DNA from: Podarcis bocagei
Taxonomy: Eukaryota
Strand: one strand, 5' to 3'
Length of the DNA: 64,000 bases
NCBI GenBank assembly: GCA_964188305.1
Contig: OZ076889.1
Made by a program: the position numbers and the translations under genes. The notes below the pieces were generated by a model. That model saw only the letters and a program-made list of their open reading frames with translations, was not told the DNA's origin and searched no databases. Below are positions 50,714-64,000 of this stretch, one piece after another. The first letter of the stretch is position 1, and every line of letters starts with the position of its first letter.

Positions 50714-51929
50714 TATCCAAATTCATGCAGTATCTCCGTGGGCTGGCAACCTAATCACCTCACTGGTAGATGATTTCCCAATGTGTGGAGGCATGATGGT
50801 AGGGGCAAAGCCAGCCAGGATAGGCCCACTCTCCACCTTACATAATTGAAAAGAACTATTTTTGCCTCATGATTACAGCAGATCTGCAGGCCAGTTGAAA
50901 AGTTGACAACCCCGCTAGTTGTATGTCATGGACAAGCAGATATATGACAACTGAGCTGGATTTAGCCTGCAGGCAAAGAACACACCACCAGGATCTGAAT
51001 GGTGATACCTGGAGCAGGTTCTGTGTGCTCCACTTCCTTCTCATTTTATGAGGTACTATATATCTTCCAACTCTTCTTTCTGCTTCCTGCCTTTTCAGAA
51101 AAGCTTCAGGAGAAGGAGGCATTGTCTTAAAATATATTTAAACAGACAGGCTATGGTCTGAAGAAACATGAAACACAGGCAGAGCTCTCATCTTTGCTAA
51201 AACGGGGGACTGAACTATGTGGGACACCATGTATATTAGTTTGATGGCAGGATATAAATGTATTAAATACATGATTTTCTTAATTATTTATTTTGGTTTC
51301 TGTGTGTGGTTGGGTATTTGCAATTTAAAATGATGACACTCCTCCAGTTTGTTTGTACTTCCAGTTCTTTTATGTATTTAAAAAGACATTGTTGCTTCAG
51401 AGGCACGTGGAGGGATTTGCTAACCTCTTGGCTCTGGGAAAGTGTACGTGAGAGGAAGTTTGAGAGTTTTAAAGCTCTCAGACTCTGTTCAACCACACTC
51501 CTCAAACGTCAACCCATTTTTGCTCTGCAAACAGAATTTCTGCATGCTCTTGTCCAGGGAACGTTTCCTGTTTCACATTTCTACAACTTCCTCCCACAAA
51601 GGTGGGTTGTTGTGCTTCTGCAACTGACGTTCGTATTGCTCTCATTTCTGTAGCCAGCACAAGGAAAAACTGAGAGATACTGCTTAACAACCGATGGGAA
51701 AGGTGAGGGATGAGGATGGTTGTTGCCATTGGTGGCAATCTCTTCTCTTTCACAGAGGGAGTGAACAACCAAGTGCTCTGAACTGATCCAAGGTTTCCAG
51801 AGTGCCTGCAGTAATAAAGAGCACTCAGGAAACATCAGCCCCAGATCAGAGCTCTTGGCTGCCTACTTTCCCCATGGAGGAGGAAAGAAAACTACTACCA
51901 ACAGGTTCTGCCCAAATGGTTCCCCGCAC

Positions 51930-52330
51930 TATTATTTTATTTTATATACTAGCCTTCATCAAAAGAGCTCAGGAAGGTTCACAAGGTAAAAATACAAGAT
52001 AAAAGCACAAATTAGTAGTTGAAACAGAAGCAACAAAACAATAATACCCCCCCAACACATTTAAATGGCTGTAGAATTTTAATCAGCCAAAGGCCTGATC
52101 AAAGAGGAGTGTTCTCACCTGGCACCTAAAATATATATAATGGAGGCACCAGACGAACCTCTCTGGGGAGAGCATTCCAGAAACAGGGAGCCACTGCAGA
52201 AAAGGCCCATTCTCCAGACTTCATGTGGAGGAGACACACAAAGAAGGGCCTCAGATGATGAACGCAAAGTCCAGGACAGTATATATGGGGAGAGACGATC
52301 TTTCAGGTATTGCGATCTTGAGCCGTCACT
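51930..52330 (-). mobile_element. L2-like 3' end fragment
   Basis: Similar to 28915-29017 and 29446-29610. Confidence 0.65.
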
Positions 52331-52679
52331 AGACTCTGAGCTGTATTTCTTTCCTCCAAGGACATGCTGCCACTGATGCTGCTACCAACATTTTTAGTGG
52401 CAGTGCTGGTGCATGGGTCACTAGAAATGGCTTAGTGGACCTGTTGATGGCCACAGGCCACCAGTTCAACAAGCACTAAAAGAAACCAGCGAAGTGGGAT
52501 AAGTGTACACACCACACAATGCCAGGGCCAGGTCTTAGGCAAGGAGGATTGCCCAGTCAGCAGACAGCATATTGTGTAATGTGTGAAACTGTGACTACCA
52601 AATATGCCCTCTTTCAGATTGTCTTCCACTTTCCTGGAAGAAGTGACATGACACTACGTCTTCAGCTTTGTAAAAAAGC

Positions 52680-53045
52680 TCTTCTTCTTCTTCTTCTTCT
52701 TCTTCTTCTTCTTCTTCTTCTTCTTCTTCTTCTTCGGTAGCTGAGTAAGATTGTCTTCCATGGACACAGTCTTAACAGTGAGTCCATAAGTGACTGTAGA
52801 GACCAGTTCTGGATCCACACATCCTTCCACAGTGGGGACACCGGTTTCTGGGCCAGAGTGGGTTTGCCAAATGTGCGTTCCTCTTAGCTCGTTTCTCCTT
52901 TTCGCACTGAGTTTGTGCTTCTTCAAAGTCCATGGCACCTTTGGTAAAGGCTGTTCTCCAGTTGTAGCGCTTGCAGGCCAGTGTTTCCCAGTTATCAGTG
53001 CTTATGTTACATTTTTTTATATTTGCTTTGAAAGCGCCTTGACGC
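52680..53045 (-). mobile_element. RTE-1-type LINE 3' fragment with (GAA)n tail
   Basis: KANIKKCNI...WETLA...CPHCGRMCGSRTGLYSHLWTH (C2H2 finger); (CTT)n at 52681-52735 on + strand. Confidence 0.85.
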
Positions 53046-53109
53046 ATGGGAAAAGGAAGTTCACTAATTTAATCAAACACTGTCTGTTTGCATCTTTCTT
53101 TCTGCCCAG

Positions 53110-53236
53110 GGTGATAAATGCTGGCAAGAGCCAACACAACGAGGATCAAGCGTGCTGTGAGGCAGTGTATGTGGAAAAGAGACGGGCTGTGAGGAATAAC
53201 CCAGCCCCCAAGGAAACCTCTGGAGATCTAGAAGGG
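53110..53236 (+). CDS. PPM1J: PPM1J coding exon 2
   Basis: CCCAG|G GTG; VINAGKSQHNEDQACCEAVYVE; donor GGG|GTGAGC. Confidence 0.95.
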
Positions 53237-53781
53237 GTGAGCAACACAATGGCTGGAGTTCCTTCTAAATGTCGGCTCTCAGTCCTAGGTCTACCTTCTC
53301 TATCCTGGTTTGAGGAGAGGAGAAAGTGATTCCACTCACAGCTGATGTATTGACACAAGATGTTTGGAACTTCAGAAGTTCCCTTGAGATTTGTTCCATT
53401 CTCCCCTGGAGTATTTATTGTCAATGTTGCTGTAAAAGGAATGAGTGGCACATGAATTTGCCATACGTGCTCTTCAAGCTTTTTTACTCCATAGCCTTTT
53501 ACGCACAGATCCTTCCCTCCGTTTCTCATCCTCAAGTTGCATTGCAGTAGATCAGAAGTCCGGGAAGAGGATGTCCATTAAGCCTCTAAATTTGCACACT
53601 GTGATTTAAGTTAACCAGTGGTGCAGAAGGAGCTGAATGTTGCTTCAACAATTAAAGTTCATGGAATCGTGTAGTGTTACTGCCTCGTCTCTTTTGGCTT
53701 TTAACATGTGTTTTGTTTCCTTCGGCTCTTCGGGGCAATTCTCTCTTATATTTGATTTGATTTGTACCTCGTTCCCTGCAG

Positions 53782-54105
53782 GGCACCAAAGGCCTGACGT
53801 TTTACTACTGGGGCTTGTTTGATGGGCATGCTGGAAGTGGAGCTGCAGTCATGGCATCCAAGCTGCTTCACTTCCAAATCCGTGACCAACTCCGAGACTT
53901 GGTGGACATCTTGCAAGACTCATCCCTTCCTCCAATCTGCCTGGAAGATAGTCCCAGGACAGTTCTAGGAGAACCAAACAGGGTTCCTCTGCCTGAGGAA
54001 GATGCTGAGGTCCCAAACAATGCCCTGCCACGCTTCCATATGGAAAAGGCCGTTTCCCATGAGAGTTTGGTGGTGGGAGCTATTGAGAATGCATTCAAGC
54101 GGATG
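53782..54105 (+). CDS. PPM1J: PPM1J coding exon 3
   Basis: CTGCAG|GGC; YYWGLFDGHAG (PP2C DGH motif)...VSHESLVVGAIENAFKRM; donor ATG|GTGAGT. Confidence 0.96.
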
Positions 54106-55200
54106 GTGAGTGTGCTAGGAAAAAACAGGGAGTATCCTGGAGAAGAAGGTCTGATTCAATGCTATAAAAACATTTTAAAAGATTTTACTGGCCAGAAGTG
54201 GAGTGCAATAGATAGAAAACTGAGTTTGCACATGGGAGATCCCAGGTAAAGAATTTTGTTTGACCTTGAAACTGACCAAGTGACCTAGGGTGAATTATTC
54301 ACTCCCGAATTTTCCTAAATCTCAGATTTAAATTAGAAAAGTATAGCTCTGATACCCAGCTGGAATCATTTGAGGTCACAAATGAAAGAAACCTAAATCA
54401 ATTGTTGTTGTTGTTGTTCTTGTTTTAAAAAACCCCATTTTCAATGAGCCCGCACAGTGACAGAAATGGCATAAAGTGCAAGCTGGAGACAGTCCTAGGA
54501 TCTGGGATGTGTTCCGTTCCTGCCTGGCTGTCCTCCCTCCAGAATGTGGATTCACTTCCTTTTGCAGCCAAGATGCTGACAGGGCAACCCATGACTATTT
54601 TGGTCTGACAGGGTATTTGCTTACCCAGCTTTCAGATCATGAGTCTGCTCTGCCTGGCTGTTCCTCTGCAGCTCAGCCTTGCGAAGTTCAGGCCCCCAGG
54701 CTCCATTGCTGCAGCACAGGAAGTAACATAGTCAGAAACTGCATACACTACAAGCATATAATTTTTTATGGCTTCCCACATGACAAACTGGGTGCAGGTG
54801 TGGGTCCTGAGAAGTTGAATAGCGATCCCCAGACCTTCAGTGCACAGAGTAAATGTGCTGTTGCTACTGTTTCACCTCCACTTTTAAAATAAGTTAGCAA
54901 TATAAGCATGTAAATCTGCACTATAGAGATAATTTGTCCATCAGTGATGTCTACACTGTCTGGTAGCAGCTTTCCAGGGTTTCAGACGTGGTACATTCCG
55001 AGTCCTACCTAGAGATGCCAGGAATTGAACATAGGACCTTCAGCATGAAAAACAGGCGTTCTATCAATGAACTACAGCCCTTCCCCAAATGCCTTTAAAA
55101 ATATTTGCAAGTCTCTCCATGACATTCCTTTCTACCTTGCTGTAATAATTAATCATGTAAACACTATTGTTCCTTTTAATAGTCATTGTAAACAATACCT

Positions 55201-55350
55201 GCAGGATAGCTCAGTTGGTAGAGTATCAGACTCCTAATCTTAGGGTTGTGGGTTCAAGCCCCGTGTAGGGTAAAAGGATTCCTGCATTGCAGGAGATCAG
55301 ACTAGATGACTCTTGTGGTCCCTTACATTGCTGCAGTTCTTTGATTCTAA
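55201..55350 (+). mobile_element. tRNA(Lys)-derived SINE with CR1-like 3' tail
   Basis: A-box TAGCTCAGTTGG, B-box GGTTCAAGCC, then GACTAGATGAC..GTGGTCCCTT..TGATTCTA resembling the CR1 3' end. Confidence 0.7.
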
Positions 55351-56796
55351 TAACGAGGAAGTGAATAGCCCTACTGAACTGATTGTGTGTGTGTGTGTGT
55401 GTTTTCCCTGATCCTATCTTGGAGAAATGCCCAATGCATTCTGGGATTGATGTGTGGGCAGAAACTTCTTCAACTATGCTCACACACCATGATATTGTCA
55501 TCTTATGATGAGAAGCCACCACACATAAACAAATTACATCACTGGAACAGCACGCAGTCCTTTGCAAGATTGCATATTAAAGCCACGCAAACTCAGATAA
55601 GGGAGCTACTTCAGGTGAGGATGGATGCACTGTTGCTGAAAAGCAAATATGTTCTGCCGGATTCCTAACTGCCGGTAACCTTGGGAGCAAAGGGAAGGGA
55701 AGTTTCTACAGATTTTTGTTGGGTTCTTCGAGAAGGAGGAGGAGGACAGGTTTAACCCTCCCTCTTAATGTATTGCAGTCCCAATCTCATTCCTTTTCCT
55801 TTCTGTGGCAGCTTTAAAAAAAAAATTAATGCATGTTAATTATTTGCATGCAATTAAAATCCTCCTAGCTTGGTCTAAATAGGAAGAGGAAGGGCAGGAC
55901 TAAAGGTCTAAAACAGATTAGGAAAAATAGGCATTGATTGACTTTAAAAGCAGATTAGGCGTTGATGTGGTTCCATTAGTAAAATAAGGAATGAGTCTGA
56001 GGGTTCTGCTGTTCTCCTTGACCCAAGAGGAAATCAAATGCTGTGAAGCCAATTTCAGAGACTTAGTAAGTTTAAAAGATAACCTCAAGTGAGTAGATCC
56101 ATACACCAGAGTATAGAAATATCAGTATTATCATGTCAGGTATGTATTTATCTGCAAATGCTTCCCCATTCCTACCTAGGTAAGTGGGGATTGGAAAAAT
56201 GTCTGCATTTTTTTAAAGGGAAATGCTTCAATTTATACACACCCTTTAGAACAGAAGCAATACATGTCTATTTTGTTCTTGACTGAGCTATATGCGCTTC
56301 CCAAGAAACATTGTTGGAAGTGCAGGTACCTATGTGGGAAGCTATTTGTGAGAGCGACAAAGTGGTGAGTGGGTAAAGAATGAATCACTCTCTGCTCCTG
56401 ATTGCTGCTTCCTCCACATGGCTTTTCCACATCTTAAAACAGATCATTGGGCTTCCTACCACTGCATGCATTCACGCCTTGTATTGGCAGGGCACTGGGA
56501 GCTACCAGAGCTTTGATGTTAAACCTTTGAGGCAGCTTGGGTGATTGCTGTAAAAGATAGTCCTACAGGGATGGAGGACCTATGCTTGGGTTTTGTTGTT
56601 GGACCACATCAGCATGAGCTGCCATGGGCCAATGGCCAAGGCCAGTGGGATTTTGGAGTCCAACAACATCTGGAGAGCCAAAGGTTTCCCCATCCCTGAC
56701 CACCTTGATGCATGTGTGTGCTTTCTGTCTTGTTGTGCTGTACCTCTCTTCAGAGAGCTGCCTTCCACAAGTGAGTCTCTTCTTCTGTCTCCCCAG

Positions 56797-56909
56797 GACA
56801 TTCAGATCGAGCAGGAACGGGTGGCTCGGCAGGCATCAGGAGGCTGCTGCGCCCTGGCTGCGGTTTATCTCCTGGGGAAGTTCTACGTGGCCAATGCAGG
56901 TGACAGTAG
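56797..56909 (+). CDS. PPM1J: PPM1J coding exon 4
   Basis: CCCCAG|GAC; GGCCALAAVYLLGKFYVANAGDSR; donor AG|GTAGGA, phase 2. Confidence 0.96.
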
Positions 56910-59900
56910 GTAGGAGAGAGACGAGGGCGGGAAAGGCTACTCTGCTGCTTGCTGGGTCGTGGCAGCCCAAGCCATGTCACCAGGAGCAGGATAAGATTCC
57001 TTGACTCCCTAGTGGAAATGAACCGAAGTCTTTCCCAGCCATAGTTGCCTGTTGGTCATGGAATGGAATGCCCTCATGTAAGCAAGTGAGCTTGGAAAGG
57101 TCATATGAGAGCCCAGAAGAAATATGTCTTTCAGGAGTGTTAGAGAGAAAGCCACTTACCCACCAAAGTCTATCTAGAAATACGCGCCCCTCCATGTGCT
57201 CGCCTATGCCCTATGGTGGAGGCAGTAAATCACCAGGGAGGTATACATATGGTGACACTAGGAAAGGAATAATATACCCTGGCCTTTACATGGTCATTAT
57301 CTGAGTTACCGAACCACTTTGATGCCAAAAGGTGTTTGTACAACCCCCACCAAGCGCCTGCATTTTTTAAAAAAGATAATTTTGTTTTTCAAAAACTTAG
57401 CTTTTTTAAAATCATATATTGCCTGGTTGCTCCCATTAGTACCCAGCTGCTGGTACTGTGAGGCCAAAGGTCCGATTTGGACCAGCCCATATCATTTATA
57501 AAAAAAAAATTGGCCACACCAACTTTTACACTTGGAGCACACCCATTTTCACAAGTTGGCCTTGTAGGATGGACCATGAGTCAATGAAGCCTCAGTGTGG
57601 AAAAGGCTGTTCATCCTTTCTGTACATAATGGAAGTGGGGGAACAAAATTGGGACTGCCAGCCCTGCTTGCGCTCTGTCTGTGTTTTCAGCAGGTATAAT
57701 AGCATTAGGTATAGGGCTAACAAGTGTTTCCCCATTTTCCTCCCCACAGATGCAGGCTTTACTGTACAAGGGGAAGGGGGGAAGGGGTGCTGTGTCTTAG
57801 GCATGGAAAAATCAATGTTTGTTGATGCGTTCCAAAAAATGTTTTTACTGCTTGTCTCTTTACCTTGGCCTTGCAGCAGCAATTTTAAAATAAATCTCTC
57901 TTTGATAATCAGGACATTCATCTAGTACTAATGCCAAATATGAAAACAGCTATATTTCAATGAGTAACTGTTTTCTTTATTTTTAACCCAAACTCTTTAG
58001 TAAACATTGAAAATAAATGAAAGTATTTTGAGAGTACCAGCATCTGACAGATGCTTTTCATAGATTTAAAACAAAAAACTAGTATCTGATATTTTTTGGG
58101 CAACCCCCCCCCCCAGGATTGTTGAAATCCTGCTCAAAATGCCCTTCTTTCACCTTTGGGTTGCTGACACCCTTGTATCTCAGGTCTTATTGATTTTAGC
58201 ATGCGAAGAGGGAAAGACAATATTAGAGGAGTCACCTCTCCCCGCCCCCTTTAAGGCCATGCTGTACCTTTTGTTTGCATTTTCTGAGTCTTTTTATAGT
58301 CTCCTTTCAATCCTAATCAGTATGAGGAATAGGCTTTAGTGTGCAACAACCATTCTGTTATGTAGATTCCATCCTGATGAATGTGGGTGTGTTTTGAAAC
58401 TGTTTTTGTCAATCTGTGGTCACTTTGGTAGGAAATTAGGTTAGAGAACAGGAAATCAGGAGGTTTGCTGATGGTACCTATAAACTGCAAGGAAGCCATT
58501 CTCAAAGTCATAACCAGCTTGGATGCATGGTGTTTGTGTGTGGGAGTGTAATCAGCGAGATATTGTATTGTAATCCAAGTGTGGAGTTGTCTGGGTATAT
58601 CTACGTTACAAACTTTCATTGGCAGTATACCAGTTTAGTAGAATCCTGAGAATGCAGTTTGGAGAAGGTGATGATTCTCCAATAGAGATTCTTAGCTCTT
58701 CTTCCTTACTGAACTGTAGTTTAGGGAGAATAGTCCCCATCATTCACAGGAAAAGGGCTCCATGAGTAGAATAGGCAGTGAGGCTGCATTTGTGGCCCTA
58801 CTCCCAACACTGTGAGTATTCCTGGAACCAGCCCCAACATCTAGGCACTGGTGGGAATGCCTGAAGAGGAGGAGCCTATGTGCATAGAGTTCCATCTGCA
58901 TAGGCTTCCACATGATCTGGAACCACAATTGTGTAGCACCCCCAATTTCATGGAGGCCAATGTGCACACATTTTCCCTTTCAGGGGCATGGAAAAGATAC
59001 CATACAACATTGGGGCAGCGACAGCAGTAGATAATACATAAAGTAGGCTAAGGAATAGTTGCTAGGCCACTTTTAGACTATAGAGCAGTGTAGATGTCTC
59101 CAGTTAATCCATAGTTGATACAGTGTCCATGGTTACAATTGCTGTTAGTGATTCATTTCTAAACGTGGAATACCATTACTTTCTTGGTGTGTCATCTTTG
59201 ACTTTTTTCTCATCAAATGTCTTTTTGTTGCCTTAAGAACCTTTGGAATACAGTATAGATGAATGAAAGTGAAACAAGGTTGCCAATTAGAGCAAGGGCC
59301 CCCAAACAAGGGGAATGATTGCAGGTTGTTGTTGTTGTTGAGTTGGCAAGTATTGGTTTTGTTTTCTCCACTGAGTCTTCTGCTTGTTCTGTTCCTCATT
59401 CTGATTTCTCTGTCAGTCTTCTTTGTGGTTTTGCATTAAAAACAGAGATGCTACTCTCTGCTCTGTGCATATTGGAAAAAAAACCAAGTAGGAAACAATG
59501 AATGGGTAAAAAGATAGGAAGGGCAAATTTGTTGGTAATGTGTCTGTGGCACATCCTCTCTATCACTGTTGCAGACAAATGCAAGTTTTTCATCAAACCA
59601 GAATAATTATTTAAATATGTCATAGTCCATTCTTTAGTGCAACAGAACCAGGATCCTGATGCAAGACTTAGACAAAATTAGAACTGCTACTTCCAGCAAA
59701 CCTGGAGGCTTTGGGAGTTAAGCACAGTTGTTGCCTACCATTGCAGTTCAGTTGAATTTTGTGTCTTCTTTTGTTCATAAAACCTTTTTTGTTTGAAAAC
59801 ATCAGCACTTCTCTTGCTCAGTCTCAGTATTTTAGCAATCAATAGTGTTGGCTGGAGTGAGAATTGTGCGTATTCAAATTTATGTATTGACCACTTTGTA

Positions 59901-60994
59901 TCTTATGGTTTTGTTGATGGTTACCCATTATGTTGGCCATGCTTCTCTACTCATGATCACCCTCCATTCTTTCTGCTCTGTTTTCTAGATTGATTTTTCC
60001 TAATGCTCTGCTTCCTTTCATCATGTGTTTGTGTTGTCCAATGTCCCACTGTTCAGGGCCGGCCCACCCATGAGACAAGGTGAGGCAACCACCTTGGGCA
60101 GCAGGATCCACAGGGGCAGTGGGCCTTGGAGGACTAAATCGGCCAGGATGCCCCACCTGGAACCTGCTGGACTTAGGCTATCATGCCAAGAACATCCCAG
60201 GCCTTCCAGTCAACCGGGGACTTCCGCCCCGGACTACAGACAAGCTCTGCAGAGCCTGCTGATCGGAGTTGTACTCCAAAATATCTGGAAGGCATCAGGT
60301 TCGGGAAGGCTCTAATCCATTTTACAGAGAGGTTTTTTTGAAGTGGGAGACAAATCCCAATTACCTATGCCTGCAACTTCCCGTACAGATAGAGAATTAC
60401 TGGTACCGGGCTGAAATGTGACACTTGTGTTCAGATCTCTTCTCCATGGACCGAATGGCCTTGTGTAAGACAAGGCCTCTAGAATTAACCTTCCTTACAA
60501 AATAAGGAGCTACAGTAATCCTTAGAACACAGCAGGAATGAATTCTGCCTCTTTAGACTGAAAGGGGTGCAGCGAGCTAGAGGATTCTCTCTTCCTCCAA
60601 TTGTGGTAGCGCAGTTGACAGGCGGCTATCAGGGAGACTCTGACTTATAGGTCTCTGAGCTCCATGATGCAATTGCAAGTGCCTCATAAGATGGCATTTT
60701 GGGAAGAGGAATCTGTGGGAGAGGGAGCCTCTTTAGGTTACTTAATGTATGACAATGCATTGCATTTATCAACTGCCTAGACCATTTTCTCGTGCCACAC
60801 TTCATGCTTATTCTTCTCCCCTAACCGCCTGCACAGTAATCACCTTTCTGTATAGAAAATAAGCATACACAAAGTGGACCTTAGCTAACACTGCTGCTTC
60901 CCTTTGCCTGCGGATGTCCTTTCTGCTTTCCCTTCCTATACTGTCTCTTTCTCTCACATGCTCTCTAATGTCCTCATTCCATGTTTCATTGCAG

Positions 60995-61079
60995 GGCCAT
61001 TATCATCCGTAATGGGGAAATCATTCCAATGTCCAGGGAGTTTACTCCAGAGACAGAGAGGCAAAGGCTGCAGTTTTTA
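60995..61079 (+). CDS. PPM1J: PPM1J coding exon 5 (gene continues beyond the window)
   Basis: TTGCAG|G GCC; AIIIRNGEIIPMSREFTPETERQRLQFL; donor TTA|GTAAGA; absent from the ORF track. Confidence 0.96.
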
Positions 61080-61832
61080 GTAAGAATTAACTTTTTTTTC
61101 CCCATCTGATTTATTTTAACCCACTGCCCAACACTTAGCACTATCACCCAAACCCATCCAGGAATAAACGTGAGAATGGAAGCTGTACTGCAGTTATTGA
61201 TGGAGGCGGGTATTAATTACCCTGCCTTGTGCTGAATATTCAGAACTCCGGGGCTTGTAGATCAAGGACATTAAAAATAGTGCTAAAAATGAAAAGCAAC
61301 CTGCATGAACAGGATTGATGTTTTTAACTGATCTGGCAATAAACCTTTGGAGGTGGCAGATATTGTAGCTGATAAACATTCAGTCTCTTCCTTCCATATT
61401 TCCAGGCTCTCTTAGTGAAGGTACAATAAAGAGAGGACCCAACTAGATGTGGTGTTAATTGCGTCCATCCACATAACATGTGTGTTCTCCATCCACTGCC
61501 ACGGTGCTAAAGAAAATGCACCACAAACTGCTCTTTGCATCAGGAGGGAAGCAATGGAGATTTTCCCTCCAGAGCATATAGCAGCTTTGAGGGGCAGTTC
61601 CTCTTGGGACCATCGCAGGCAGGTGGTGGTAGTGAGGGTTAAACTCTTCCTGCTCACTGCATGTGGTCATGATGCTGCTCAAGCTTCCCTGTGGCTGCTG
61701 TTTTACTAATGTGTGTGTGAATTGCATTTATTTAACTAACGTCATCCCTAGTTTGGTCCAGAGGCTCTGGTGGTGCTGGGCTCCTGCCTTTCTGCTTCCA
61801 AAATGCTCTTGAGCACTGCACAATAAAAAGTT

Positions 61833-62295
61833 CTGTATTTTTCGCTCTATAAGACGCACCTTTTCCCTCCTAAAAAGTAAGGGGAAATTTGTGTGCATCT
61901 TATGGAGCGAATGCAGCCTGAGCGGCTATCCCAGAAGCCAGAACAGCGAGAGGGATCACTGCGCAGTGCTCCCTCTTGCTGTTCTAGCTTCTGGCTTAGC
62001 CCCTCTGTCCCTTCCCCCACCTCCTGCAAAAGCCCCCAAGAGCCGCGCTCCCTTTAAAGAGTCACATAGAGCATGTGTGTGGCTCTTGGGGGCTTTTCCC
62101 TGAGGAGGGAGAAAAGCCTGCAAGCACCACACACACGCTCCACACGGCTTGTGAAAGGGAGCTCTGAGCAGAGCCTGGGATGCATACAGGCTCTGCTCAG
62201 CGCTGCCTTTAAAGAATATTTTCTTTCTTGCATTCCACCTCTAAAAACTGGGTGTGTCTTATGGTCAGGTGCATCTTATGGAGCGAAAAATACGG
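61833..62295. mobile_element. Non-autonomous Tc1/mariner element with CCG...CGG ends
   Basis: TIR C(C/T)GTATTTTTCGCTC(T/C)ATAAGA(C/T)GCACC; TA at the right flank, TT at the left. Confidence 0.88.
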
Positions 62296-64000
62296 TAATA
62301 CAGGCCCTGCTCACTTCCACCCTTTCACTTTGCTCCCCCTGCTGACCCCCCAATTCTAGAGTCAGGCTTGCAAGGTAAGGTTCACCCCCCCCCCCCGAGC
62401 TCTTTTCCCTAGAAGAGGAAGGAGCTGCCAGGGTTTTGTTAAAATTATTTGCATATTGCATGAGTTCTGCCCTGAGGCAGAGGAGGGGAAAGAATCCCTG
62501 GGCAGCACAGTGAGAGTGTCCAAAATGCAAGCAAGCAAGCAGAGGTGCTGCTGGCAATGCTTCCTGGCTCAGAGTGGACCTCCTTGGCAAGACACCAGGT
62601 GGAATCTTATCTGCTGTTCTATATCCAAGCAGCTTCCATGTCTTGGAAGGGAGGAAATTGCACCGAGTAATGGATCCTCTTCACTGGCTGCGATAAAGAA
62701 ACTGAGCACTCAGAAAACCAATCTTACACTTCCCCCGTGGGCTTGGGCCGTTTGCTTTGAGCCAAAGTCCTTTTATAGCTTAAACCCTTTTGTGTAAGTA
62801 GTGCCAGAGCAACGATCCTTTACACTGGGCCAGTGTGATCTGAAATGCCCCACTTAAATCATTGCAAGAGGGAAACCTGATGTATATAATCTTCTGTAGT
62901 TTTGCTTTTGTACCATAAAAAACAGAATTTGTTCTGCCCATTTCCTATTTTCTCTGGATTAGTTACACTCAAAATACACAAGGGGGTGAGTAAAGGGGGA
63001 TTCACTGCATAATTTGCTGCCCGTTTGAGTCCTGGGCCCCATTCTTGCAAGGTTTACCAGGTATGCTGAATGTAGATACTGCCTTCTGAGCTTTTGTTGT
63101 TGGCTCTTTGGCTGAGGGTTTGCTTGTTGAGTAATGGCCTCTTTTTAAAGACGTTGGCAAGTCATGGAAATCACAGTGCCAGCTCTGAAAATTAAACCCT
63201 GATTAGGGCAGCAGTGCCAGGAGGACAAAGAAAGCCCTTTTCCTTTGCAGGATGAAAAGGCAATGATCTCAAAGCCACCTTTAATTTTCTCTGAGTGTAT
63301 GTGTGGAAGAGAATGAATTGCTGTAGCAGGAGCATCTAACCTGGTATCAAAATGGGATTCTGACATCTCCAGACATAGCATAGGATTCAGTCTGGATTGG
63401 ATCAGGTTTCCCCCATTTGCACAGAAATAGGATAGATTGTCTAGGGTAATGGAAAATTATTGCCTGTTCAGCTAAACTTTGGTGCTTGCGCACTCACTGA
63501 GAGTGGTGCATTAGTCTCCCTTAAATATCTCTTAAATAATTTCAGCTTCTGTTTTCACTTTTGGATGTTTTTTGTGCCTGGAAGCTTTTTCTGCACAAGA
63601 CTCAGTCTTGTTAATTCATGCTTCATCTAGCAATTAGGTAGCTGCTTGATAAAACCACTTCAACCAAATCCTTTGCAAGTCACAAAGGTCTAGTTGCTCT
63701 CTGCTGAGTGGCTTTTTATTAACCAAATGTGACTTTATAAGGTTTTTCAAAACATTTGTGGCTTGGGGGAGATCATTGTTAATTCTGCCATGAGCAGAAG
63801 ATGCAAATGTGCCCTCAAGAGTCAACTGTAGTACTGAAAATAAAGTTTTGGCTTCAAACAAGATGAGATAGCAATCAAGACTGGGCCTTGTGTTTTTTTC
63901 TTTATTGTATAATAGCTGCAGGAGTGGGGATTCAGATATGATATGTTGGGCAGAGTGGGGATTTAACCCATGGTCCTGATCTAGGTTGCCTGTCCCTTGG

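Noticed and set aside
52519-52938. Poly-Leu and poly-Lys ORFs
   Set aside because: Translations of the (CTT)n LINE tail.
55201-55272. Functional tRNA-Lys gene
   Set aside because: Acceptor stem and anticodon are degenerate, and the sequence continues into a CR1-like tail, so it is a SINE.
45177-61079. Assignment to PPM1H or PPM1M
   Set aside because: RADDH.GRAVQSP, LPWSTGYAE, VSHESLVVGA and MSREFTPETERQRLQ match PPM1J best as recalled.

Overview
Vertebrate genomic DNA from a squamate reptile, probably a lacertid lizard (inferred from Sauria SINEs, Bov-B and young CR1). The only host protein-coding gene I can support is PPM1J on the + strand: CpG-island exon 1 with ATG at 45177, and exons 2-5 with phase-compatible GT-AG junctions; the gene continues beyond the window. 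A second CpG island at ~12.6-13.95 kb looks like the promoter and non-coding first exon of a - strand gene (possibly TAFA3, by synteny only). The rest is transposon-dense: a CR1 LINE with an intact ORF2, nested CR1/Bov-B/SINE/RTE-X insertions with clear target-site duplications (TSDs), many hAT and Tc1/mariner-type MITEs, a decayed Ty1/copia fragment, a degenerate U6 copy and a 130-N gap. The most interesting observations are: (1) a canonical T-TTA-AAC -1 frameshift heptamer at the CR1 ORF1 stop that shifts exactly into ORF2; (2) a hAT MITE family with TTAGGG-containing subterminal repeats, one copy carrying ~290 bp of CpG-rich, gene-like cargo upstream of PPM1J; (3) a TACCGGTA footprint matching excision of a CCG-ended mariner element; (4) a possible frame-preserving, mutually exclusive 17-nt microexon of PPM1J. 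Family names come from recalled consensus and protein motifs, not database searches.
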